This document shows positions 24,256 through 35,619 of a DNA stretch of 64,000 nucleotides, piece by piece. How positions within the stretch are numbered: the first letter of the stretch is position 1; every line of letters starts with the position of its first letter. Both the position numbers and the translations under genes were made by a program. This stretch comes from Hemiscyllium ocellatum. Taxonomy: Eukaryota. The notes under the pieces were generated by a model. The model saw nothing but the letters and a program-made list of their open reading frames with translations. It made no database searches and had not been told where the DNA came from. Location of the stretch: assembly GCF_020745735.1 (NCBI RefSeq), contig NC_083422.1, positions 21,018,001 to 21,082,000 of the forward strand, read 5' to 3'.

Positions 24256-27186
24256 AGTTATAATTGGAAGCTTCTTAGTTCGGAGTTGGAGCATTTTCCC
24301 ATGATGTTGTAGATGACATACAGCAGCAAAATATCTGGTTTCAGGCTGCACCCCATCTTGGCATGGATGGCAGCAGTCTGGTCTGGTTGGCTAACAGGCA
24401 ACAAGTGCATAGGAGGGCCTGTGCAGTTGGGATCACATCCAATCAGAGAGAGGGCAGTAGGTTCATGCTCCAGGAATTGACAGTCACTCCCTCTGGTTGG
24501 TACTTCGATAGTCCTAATATGTTCCTAGAGAACAGATTGATTTACTCTGAGATTCACATCCATGCCAGGAGCAGTTTGAAATTTACCTGCAGAACTCAGA
24601 TTACCTGGCAGCTACAATTTTGGAAGCTGAGACGTCAGATGCAGTGACAAGGATAGGGTCTGAAAAGTGCTGCAAATGTTGGACTTCAAGCTCCACACAA
24701 AGTTCTGTGCCCACTTCCTGCCAGACAACTCCATGCTCTTTGATATTGAACACAGACCTTGTGGCAGACTAACCACATATAATTTGTGCAGAATTGTAAA
24801 ATCAGGTGATGGTGTCTCTTCATTATCACTATGGTCTTGGCCCTCTTTCAATGAGGATTGCTGCCTGTATTAGCACAATGCTGAGGTATCTGAAAGGCAT
24901 AAAATATAAGTAGAAAAATTAAAATAGGTGTGTGTATACACCTGTATGTTCCAGTATGAGGAAGGATGTGGGATGAGAGAAAAAGGATCATGTGTGAGAA
25001 TACCGTCATCTTCGTGAGATTCAATCCAAGTAACAGACCTTCCCATAATGGATAGCATTAACTCTTACTTAGCATCAGAACATTAGTCTTGTGACCTCCC
25101 ACACTTCAATTAGCTCCAGTCAGCTGCTAGCTTGCAGCATTTTCTGTTGCAAGAAATTGAAGTATAATAACGAGTGACGTTTGGACAATATGATTGTCAT
25201 GGTTGAATAGTGGTGTGTGTAAGGTGTGAAATATAGGCTTCAGACTTGCAACTAAGTCTGTGAAGGTGAGGGGAAGCATGTATTTGTTATGCATAAGTTG
25301 GTAGGATAAAGGCACAAGTATATTTACTGACCTTAATTAGCCATGTAATTTTAAACCTTTCACAATATCATACCCTTGAGACAAATCTAGTGGCATTGAT
25401 CTCAGCAAATAGTTTTTCCCCTGTCTTTTCTTCACATGTTTGGAGGTTCCACCATGGACAAAGACATGTCTTCTCCTTTGCTCCTCCTCCAACAAGGACT
25501 CCAGTGTAGTTGCAATACCATTGTGCATGTTTCCTTTCATTGCCAACCATTTGTTCCACAACATCTCAATAGTTCTTGGGGTCATGGTGAACCTTTCCTT
25601 TAAGTGGGGTAAGCAAGCTCTAAGTGGAGCTAGGAAGTAACAAAGTGGGCCCTCTGCTGAAGCATGCAGGTTATGAACAGTACAATGTAAGCTTTACACA
25701 GAAAGCATTATATTCAGCAAGCAGCTAAAAGGATGTTGTCTGCATTACACTGAATTGGGGTGGGACAATTGAACATCACAATCCCCAGGCTAGGAAACAG
25801 CTGTTTCAGGGGCTGTCCAATTTAAATCCTTTCTCTTTTGTCAACTAGAATTACACTGGGGAAATTACTATGACATTAAACTGTATTAAATGGAAGTTCA
25901 GTTGTTTGGAAGATGATGGCAAAGTCATATCCTATTTGTAGGCTGCAGGCCAAATGCTTTGTTTGGCAAGCCAACCAACTAGCTGTTTATATGTTGTCAA
26001 GCATTAATTGGATATGTAAAATCTGACTGAGGTGTTGATTGGTATTTAATTCATCCAGCACTGTGGCATTTCAACAGCTTAAGCATTATTCTGAAATCTT
26101 TGAAATCCATTTTGATACTGTTGCTTCATTACAGCGGTTATATTTTATTTTATACCGTTTGGATTATACAAAAAGAGACTTAACAGCCAAGCCTGTTTCT
26201 ATTTAACTATCTCATTATGTGAGGGAGAGCCCCATAATAGATCCCATGATGCTCGTTTCTCATGCGATCCTTTGAAAGACAAATCAATAACCAAAGCGAA
26301 CTGATTAAGAATTTTAATTGCTTTGAAACAGATAATATGAAAGTAAATACAATGTTTGTTGTGTCCATATTTCTCCAGGGCAATCAGGGATGGGCAATAA
26401 TGGCTGACCTCGTCAGTGACACCTACATTCCAAGAATAGATTCCTTTCTCTGGACTGTTAGCACATCCACAGGTCTAAACATTCTCTGTGGTCACAAATG
26501 TTTAGATAGATTTCGCACTCCCATGACCCAATGCTTGGGAGTGCAGCTCCACTGTTGCTCAGTCTGCATTAAGCTTTGGCCACAGTACTCCAAGCATCCG
26601 AGAATCTGTCACACTTCTGCTAAAGCTTGAGCTCTCAATCCAGTGAAGTGCTAGAATCTGGATTACAAATTACAAATTTCAGTTTCATGCCCAATGGGAT
26701 GTTAAATCAATATCTCCAAATAATATTACTTGCCAATAACACCCTTAAAATACTGACTTGCTTTGCCATTTAAGTCCAATATTACTGCTTCGCCACCTAA
26801 TATTGCCATTTATTATTTCTGTTTTACAGGTTTTGCAAGATAAGATCCAGTCTTTAGTCTTTTTTACCTGTTTATATATTCACTTTAAAGGGGAGAGGAT
26901 ATCATGGCCGTAACATTGGAGAAAAGATTTGTTAGAATCCATCCTTATGAGATTATTTGTTTGTCCATTACGAGGAAGCTGCTTAAACTGCTGTACTAAG
27001 CAATAAACAGCAAATAGATTCTTGGTTATCATTTGATGTGTTAACAAATCTTTGATCTGTAATTACATACTGCAAACCATATCATATGTGTTCATTTGAC
27101 GACTTGGTAACTCAAGGTGGCCCAACAAGAAGCCACAAACTTTAACCTGAACCAGCAATGAATTTGATTTTGTTTTATTTCTTTAG

Positions 27187-27297
27187 GTGCAGAAGATGAT
27201 TCAATCAAATTTGCCATTACCTGCACCGGTGGTAACTATTTCCCAGTATGCATGTCAGAGGAGATCAACCCTCAATAATAGAAACAAAATATTTACG
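27187..27297 (+). CDS. DNTT: TdT internal exon (equivalent to mammalian exon 3), BRCT-core linker and start of the 8 kDa domain
   Basis: ctttag|GTG...ACG|gtaatg; 111 nt, phase 0/0. Translates VQKMIQSNLPLPAPVVTISQYACQRRSTLNNRNKIFT, containing the TdT motif ISQYACQRRxTLNN. Confidence 0.95.
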
Positions 27298-27972
27298 GTA
27301 ATGCTTTAAGTAGAATTTTTGAAATAAATCTTATTTTTGGCTTTGGCGTGTAGTTCAAACCTGTGTAAGAATTTACCGACTTTGATATTTTGTTCAAGCA
27401 CTGGTGCTCAGTATGATCCAAGACAACTGTTTCCCCTAATGATACACAGGGAACTTCTGACTGTCAGGTGCACTTCGTTCACAGACAATTTACTCATCTC
27501 AAAATTCATCCAAACTCATCCTTGCTCAACCTATGGAAGATATCGGTCTCTGTAGCCAATTGTTTTCTGGGTATCATAAGGCTTCAGAAATGACTGAATG
27601 GGGTCCACGATGAGTATATGCACTTCAGTGAGGAGTGCAGCATAAGCCATGCTTGTAAAGGGATTTGCATGCATGTACCCAATGCCTGTTGGTGGTGCAC
27701 AGAACAGTCAGATCGTGTCTTTGGTGTGGAGCACTGACTTAACACCACTTCCCATGAAGGAGCTCCAGGCTCTAGACTGTGCTCCCTGAATATAATCTTA
27801 AATAGCATGAAGGACTTCTAGCCATTGAGTCATAGATGAGTACAGCACTGAAACAAACCCTTCAGTCCAACTCGTCCTGGCCGACCAGATATCCTAAATT
27901 ATTCTCGTTCCATTTACTAGTACTTGGTCCACATTCCTCTAAACCCCTCCTATTCATATATTCATTCAGATG

Positions 27973-29180
27973 TTGTGGTTCTGTTCGCCGAGCTGGAAGT
28001 TTTTGCTGCAAACGTTTCATTCCCTGGCTAGGGAACATCATCGATGACACCTTTGTAATCATCAAAAACACAGAAATAGAAAAAACACACCGAATCATCA
28101 ACGCCACACTCACAGGAATACGATTCACGAGAGAAGAGGAAAAGGATAGCCAACTCCCATTCCTAGACGTGTTAGTAGAGAGAACACCCAACGGAGAATT
28201 CACCACAAGGGTACACAGGAAACCAACACACACAGACCAAGTCCTAAACTATGAAAGTAACCACCCCAACACACACAAACGAAGCTGCATCAGGACACTA
28301 TTCAAAAGAGCCACAACACACTGCAGTACACCAGAACTGCGAAAAGAGGAAGAGGAACACCTATACAAGGTATTCGCCAAAAACGGATACCCGCACAACT
28401 TTATCACCAGATGCCTAAGAGATAGACCACGGAACGAGGACATGCCACAACCAAAAGGACTAGCCACACTACCATACGTCAGGAGCGTCTCAGAACTGAC
28501 AGCCAGACTACTGCGACCCTTAGGACTCATAACAGCACACAAGCCAACTTCCACACTCAGACAACAACTCACTAGAACAAAGGACCCAATAGCCAGCACG
28601 AGCCAAACTAACGTAGTTTACAAAATACCATGCAAGGACTGCACAAAACACTATATAGGACAAACAGGAAGACAGCTACCAATCCGCATCCATGAACATC
28701 AGCTAGCCACAAAATGACACGACCAGCTATCCCTAGTAGCCATACACTCAGACAACCAGGAACATGAATTTGACTGGGAAAACACTACCATCATAGGACA
28801 AGCCAGACAGAGAACAGCCAGGGAATTCCTAGAGGCATGGCATTCATCCACAAACTCCATTAACAGACACATAGACCTGGACCCCATATACAAACCACTA
28901 CAGCTGAAACTGACACACGGAAGCGGCAAGAACATCCATCAACAGACACATCGACCTAGACCCCACATACAAACTACTACAGCTGAAACTGACACCCGGA
29001 AGCGGCAAGAACAAACCACTATAAATACCGGAAGAAACATCGAAGCAGCGCTTCACAGGAGGCTCCAATAGCACTGATGATGTTCCCTAGCCAGGGAACG
29101 AAACGTTTGCAGTAAAAACTTCCAGCTCGGCGAACAGAACCACAACATCGGACACCCGAGCTACAAATCTTCAACCAGAC
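27973..29180 (+). mobile_element. 5'-truncated Penelope-like element with inverted pseudo-LTR and 12 bp TSD
   Basis: ORF starts at the RT DDTFVII motif and runs through NVVYKIPCKDCTKHYIGQTGR (GIY-YIG), with a premature TGA at ~28715. TSD ttcattcagatg at 27961-27972 and 29181-29192. 79 bp internal tandem duplication at 28856-29012. Confidence 0.93.
29071..29110 (+). ncRNA. Apparently intact minimal type I hammerhead ribozyme
   Basis: GCA-CTGATGA-T-GTTCCC-TAGCCA-GGGAAC-GAAAC-GTT-TGC: stem I GCA/TGC, 6 bp stem II, palindromic AACGTT; predicted cleavage after 29107. Confidence 0.8.
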
Positions 29181-29479
29181 TTCATTCAGATGCCTTTTAA
29201 ATGTTGTAATTTTACCAGCCTCCTCCAATTCCTCTGGCAGTTCATTCTAAACATACACCACCCTCTGCATGAAAAAAATTGCCCCTTAGGTCCCTTTTAA
29301 ATCTTTTCCCTCTGACCTTAAACCTATAGTTCTGGATTCCCCCCCATCCCAGGGAAAAGATCTTGTCTATTTACCCTATCTATGCCCTCATGATTTTACA
29401 AACCTCTATAAAGTCAGCTCTGACCCACTGACGCTCCAGGGAAAACAACACTATTTAAACTGATCATAACCTACTTGCA

Positions 29480-29700
29480 CTGAAAACAACAAATGCTGGA
29501 GATCACAGCAGGTCAGGCAGCATCCATGGACACACAGCAAGTTAACATTTTGAGTCTGCTAATGTTTCACGTTGAGTGACTCTTAGCAGACTCAAAATGT
29601 TAGCTTGCTCTCTCTCCATGGATGCTATCTGACCCTCTGTGATCTCTGGCATCTGTTGCTTTCAGTACAGATTCGAGCATCTTCAGTAATTTGCTCCTAA
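29480..29700. mobile_element. Palindromic PLE-derived mini-element with 14 bp TSD
   Basis: ataacctacttgca at 29466-29479 and 29701-29714; arms are inverted copies of a PLE 3' end. Confidence 0.85.
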
Positions 29701-30779
29701 ATAACCTACTTGCAATTCAGTTACTACTTGTTTTTCTGGTACATGCTACATTTTATATATTTTGGATGTTTCCCAAAATTGTTAATATTTTTAATAGTTT
29801 ACAATGCATGATCTGACTGGTGTGGAGGCACTTTGTTGTTCTCTTAACAGTTTATATGTAAGCTATTTGTTTCTAGATATGGGTAGAACTAATTTTTTGG
29901 TATTGAGCATGACAGGGAGAATGAGAGAAGGTCACACAGAGCTGGACATGTCGCTGGAGGAGGAAGGAGGTAATCCTGTGTGACTTCCATGAGCTGACAC
30001 CTTTAATATTCCTTGTCCCAGGCCTGACTCTAGCATTCTTGAGCATGCAGCCCCATATGTAGGTCCCATCTCTAATGCTGTTAAATATTTTACATGCAGT
30101 GTCAGTACTGGAGCTGATGTATACAACTGTGAAAATGCCTTACTTCAATTGCTTTCCTCTTTTTCTTCCCTGACCAATTGCACAGATTCTAGCTTTAAGT
30201 ACCTAAAATGAAGAAGGGGAAAGGATTGAGGTGTGATAAGAGATGAGAAAGTCAGTAGTGGATCCTTACATATCTGCACTTTATTGACCAGAATAGATTG
30301 AGAGATGAAGAAAAGTTTTAGATATGCAAAGGAGGGTAAAAATTGCAGATATTCTCCTGTTCAGTTGTTTTATCCCTGCTAGTGGTCACTGCATTCTCAT
30401 AATGGCCAATACCTTCTCCTTCATGGCTCTCAAAGCATATAGTCATGTCTCTTGACATTTGGTTAATTCCTGTTTTGCCAACACCTTCTGCAAGGAAGTA
30501 GTAAGTGTGCTACTGAGTGTCATAAAACTGGTGAATGTGGCTGTCATGACTGAATTGCTGATGGTGTATACAAGCAATGTAGATTCAGCGCTTTGAGCAA
30601 TGTTATATTCATGTGGATGGGATGAAGCAAATGAATGGTGCATATGAGTCCTGATTGACAGAGATCATTGGACTGTTGACTTGATTTATATTGATATATT
30701 GATTTGAGCAATTAATGAGGCCCTAGTGGTGAAGATGGTAGAATGTGGTATGGGAACGTACACTCACTGACAATGAAAG

Positions 30780-30965
30780 TCTTTACCTTCTTCCTCTACT
30801 GTAATCAGGCACTTTGAACTGCTCTTAGCATTGATGTCCTTCTCTACATCTTGCTAAAGCCTTTTTATTTCTAACATTTGAGGATTCAGGGCATCTCTGC
30901 TTTCTGTCTCTTCCACCAAGTTCTCCAATCTGATAATCTAATGCTTATTTCATGGTGCAGCACAA
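30780..30965 (-). mobile_element. Possible PIF/Harbinger Myb/SANT-like ORF remnant
   Basis: Minus strand RLENLVEETESRDALNPQ..RL*QDVEKDINAKS resembles the LEALVEEVERRRDVL..WEQVA..VNARS pattern from memory; heavily decayed. Confidence 0.3.
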
Positions 30966-33689
30966 CCAGCAGTCACAAGGTATCACTTCTGTAAGAGGTG
31001 TAGTGCCCAGGGTTTGACCTCTTTCAAGAACAGTAGTCTACACTTAACGCAATCTACTATCTCAATGCAAGAATATCATACCTACTCCAGAAATAGAATT
31101 TCAAAGATAGCCCAGCTTACAGTATGGTTACCCTGATAGACTGCTCACCAAATTGAGACTAAAAGTGTCTATCAACATTTGCTGCAGGATTCAAAACAAT
31201 CCAACAAACAATACACAATGCTATGACTTATAAAGCTGCCAGATACCAGAAGTTAAAAGGCAAAGCACTGCATGTGTATACAACAAAGGAACAACAAGAA
31301 ATATGAGTAAGAATAAAAAAATGCTGGAAAACCCTAAGCAGATTAGGTGGTATCTATGGAGAAAAACATTTCAGGTCAATGACCTTTTCTGAGAACTGAA
31401 GAGAAACAGAAATGGAAAGGTTTTTAAGCCAATGGAATGGCCTAAGGGGCAGGAAGAACTTTACTGTCTTCAGGTCATGCCAATTATTCTGCATGAGTGA
31501 GGAAAGACTGTCCATCGGTATATTGCATTGTGTTTGTGATCCTCTTATTGTAGCTGAATGGTTAGAAACAAACCGAAGCTGCTAAATGTGACTTTGAAAC
31601 TGTGTTTGGTATGTGAGGCTGAGGTGCAGTCTCTGAATGTTAGACTTGCCCGCTGAAGGGTGAGTGGTGGTTTGGTGAATTGAGCTATGGGAATTTATTG
31701 ATGCAAAGTGAAGGAGATGACTTTCGAACGTGCATTCACTGATCTTAACCGGTCACGTGAGCGTACCCTTATTACAGACATCAGCCATATCCTTGGGGCC
31801 TGGCTCCTTGGAGCTGACCTCCTTGGTCAGCTGCTCCCATTCTCTTCAGTGCACTTGCGTGGGGACAATCCTAGCCTTCTGCAGTCAGATGATCTCTCGC
31901 CTTACTTTCACTTCTTGGACTAATACCTCCAGCATTGCATTAGAGAAGCAGGGAGTCCACCTTTTGGCTTGTTGCTCCACTGGCAATCTTCTTTCATCTC
32001 AGAAACATTTTTGGATGTGGTTCTGCCCTTTGCAGAGGTAGCGATACCTTTAAGAATTGTAGGCTAGTATGTTAGGCATGCATATATCTGAGTTTGGCCA
32101 GCCAGTACACACCATTTCACTGAGTAAAACATCATTTGCATGCCGCATACGTCACCCTACTTAGGTATGGGGTAATCAAGCATGGCAATCTATGTGCCTG
32201 CTAATGGACCTCATTGGCATTTTTTCCCCATGGGTTTTATTTTATGTTGCACACAATACCTTTTGCAGTTCATTTTATGGAATGTTTGCTCAAAGGTGAA
32301 GTTGAAGAAGCCAGACACCAAGTGAGAATGCTAACTGCAATTAATATGATGAATGTACTAAGTTTTTCATCAAATGCGGAGTGTGAGACAACTTTTTGCA
32401 CTCCCAGTGCGCGACATGCTTCAGCATGTTAGAAAAACTCATCAACACTGTTATTTATTTCCTCTTTTCTTTTGTGCAATCTGCATGCTGGGTTACATTT
32501 CAGAATACATTTAGTACCGCATATACATGCCAAGAAAAGGTGCTGTAGGATCCTGCAGTCATAAAATATGGCAAGTAATTGCTGGATCAAATATCAGCTG
32601 TCATTGTTTGCACATCTAGTGAAGACTGTAGTTGGCATGTAAATGCAAATGCAAAACTTAAATCAGAAGCCTAAAATTCCAATTACATTCAAGTAAAGGA
32701 GGAACAATACCTAGGTTTAATTTAAGATTGACTGCACTTCTTACAAAATGTTCCTCAAGCTTCTCATATGTTTGAGCTCCAGTTAAATATTAAGGATGAT
32801 CAATGATATGTAACAATGTCGCTGATCATCTTGCCATGGCCTGAGGCAAAAGAAGGCATGTTAATCTTCAAGGAAACAGTAAGGTTCGGTCAGCTGAGAT
32901 CTTAAAATGTAAAAAACGTCAAACATGCACCAATCACCAAGTCTCTCAGTCATCACAAAATCCCCACCCCAGCCTTAAGGGAACTCTGTCCCACTCCATC
33001 CCACCCCCAGTATGGTCACTGGGCACCCCAACGGTTAACCTCTATGGCTATCACACAAGCCAGCTGCCATCATTACCATGACTGGCCATCCCCTCCAAGC
33101 ATTCATCCCTGTAACCACATTACCCGAAATGCCCCCAATCCTTGCTGTTCCCTAAACACTAATGGCTCCTTCACCATCACTATCCCCCTCCAAAATGTGT
33201 CGAAGTAGGGTATTAGGCAGTGAACAGAAGTTGCAGATACACAAACCTCTAAATGTAGTAGCAACAAATTAAATTTATGTGATGCCTTTAATACAATAAA
33301 ATGGTCCAAGACATTTTAGAAGAACGTTATAAAAGAAATATTGAGTCACATTAGGGAATGTTAAGTCAGATTACCAAACGCTTGGCCAAAGAAGTAACTT
33401 ATAAGGAGTATCTTAAAGGAGGTAAGTTAGGGAAAGAACTGGAGACATGTATTGCAGAACATTCATCCTGGGCAAATCAAGATATAACCTTCAGTGGTGA
33501 AGTAATTCAAATCAGGGATATAATAACAAGCCAGACCTGGAGCAGTTCAGATTGGAGCATTCTTGGGCTGAAAGAAATGCCTTTTAATTCTGCACTGACG
33601 CATAAGAGGAAACATAATTGTCGCGTCCACTTATTTAAAACTGCTCGTAAGCCTATAAGAAATAGGAACAGGGTTGGCTGTTTAGCTCT

Positions 33690-34800
33690 TGGACCCTGCT
33701 CTGCCATTCCAGAGGATCATTGCTGATCTAACATTTCTTATGCCCACTTACGCACTAACCCTTGATCCTCCTACTAATCAGGAATCTATACAACTCGTCC
33801 TTAAATAAAGACAAGGTCTCTGTCTCCACAGCCCTCTGTGGCAGCGAGTTCCAAAGCCTCTAAACCTGCTGAGAGAAGAAACTCTTCCTCATATCAACCT
33901 TAAATTAGCACCTCTTTATTCTGAGACTTTGTTCTCTTTCCTGGACTCTCCCATAAATGGAAACAATCTGTCAGCAGTTCAAGTCCCTAAAGAATCCGAT
34001 ATGTTTCAATGAGGTCACCTATCATTCTTCTAAATTCCAGCGAGTGGAATCCCAACCTCTTTAACCTTATAAGACAATATCTCCATTCCAGGCATCATCC
34101 TAGTGAACCTTCTCTGAACTGGCTCCAATTAAACAATATCTTAAACAAGGGGACCAAAGCTGCTTTTACAGCTCTAGATGTGGTTCCCCCAAGCACCTTG
34201 TACAGTTATAGTAAAGCTTTCCTACTCTGATGTTCCTTTCCCCAGGAAATAAGGGCAGACATTCTATTAATCTGATTACCTGTTGTACCTGTGTCCTAGC
34301 TTTCATGCATGAGTACCCTCAGCTCCCTTGGCGTTGCAGCTTTCTGTAATGTTTCTCCATTTAACTAGTAATGTTCTTTTGTTCTCTCCTCCAAAGTGAA
34401 CAAGTTCAAATTTTCCTACATTATACTCCATTTGCCAACTTGTTACCCTCTCACTCAACCTATCAATATCTCACTGTAGCTCCCTTTTGCAAATTGCCTT
34501 TCCACTTATTTTTGGTCATCTGCAAATTTGGCCAGAAGACATTTGCTTTCTTCCTCGAGGACATGAACATATATTGCATACAGTTTCAATCAGAATCTTT
34601 TTTTTACATCGAGACACCCCACACTCTTCTGAACTCCATTGTAAACAAGCCCAATCTGTCCAACCTTTCCTCATAGGACAACTCTTTCCATGTTTCAATC
34701 TAGTAAACCTCCTCTGAACTGCCTCCAATGTGTTTACATCTTTCCTTAAGTAAGGAGAACAAAACTGTACACTGTATTCAAATGTGATCTGAAAAATAGA
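33690..34800 (-). mobile_element. Stacked CR1 3' fragments
   Basis: Reverse-complement CR1 ORF2 C-terminal and tail sequence, e.g. EAVQRRFTRL in ORF 34516-34728. Confidence 0.7.
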
Positions 34801-35619
34801 AGCATAAAATCCTTACATTTATGTTCAATTCCTCTTGTAATAAACGATAGCATTCTGTTAGCCTTTTAAATTATTGCCGTACCTGCAAACTAATGTTTTG
34901 TGAGCCATGCTGAACACCTAGATCTCTCAACACCTCAAATTCTGCAGTCATTCTGCTTGTAATGCTCTGCCCTTTTATTCTTTCTAATTTGAGGGGATAG
35001 CCAACGTTTCTCCTGCATGAGAGGAAAGTGTTAGTTGTTTAGCAAGTGGATTGTGAGGTGTTGGCATGGACTATGCACCAATTAATGAAGATTGATAATT
35101 AACAACTAAGCTTTGAATAAATTTTAAACCAGGCAAGTTGACTGATTGGTCAATTCATAGCCCTGAAAAATAAACCTGTGAAAAACTTGTTGCATTGAAA
35201 TAAACTGTGTGTCAATATCCTATTTGTCACCAAGTGTATTAATTTATGTAGCTTCCAGTTCATGTATCATGCTGCAAACCAAACTGACAATCTTAAATTG
35301 TTTGTCACTTTAATTGTTAACATTCAGGATTATCTACTAAATGTTGTCTGGTTGCAGAATCACATCAAATACTGTGGGCTGATTTGGTCTAGTCAGTACC
35401 TTGCTTGTTGCGAACAACCAAAGAGATATGTTGTCTGATGTGATTTGCTATATTTTGGGGATATGTGGTCTACATAACTGGCACCACGCTGGCACTGATA
35501 TTCACAATACACATTAACGATTGCGTGATTGGCAGAAAATACATTTCTCTTGATGGCAGCATCCTCTGATTGGGAAGAACCACTTGTGTTTCTGCCACAT
35601 AGAATCACTAGTTTCACCT

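Larger units (their letters stand above)
27830..29450 (-). mobile_element. CR1 3' fragment split by a PLE insertion
   Basis: 27830-27972 and 29181-29450 rejoin as ...cctcctattcatata-ttcattcagatg-ccttttaaatgttgtaat... Confidence 0.8.

Noticed and set aside
27836-28717. 293 aa ORF as a single protein
   Set aside because: Chimeric read-through of CR1 antisense, inverted pseudo-LTR and truncated PLE RT/endonuclease.
29480-29700. Classical DNA-transposon MITE interpretation of the palindromic elements
   Set aside because: Arms are PLE pseudo-LTR sequence, are asymmetric in length, and TSDs vary from 12 to 15 bp, unlike fixed DDE-type TSDs.
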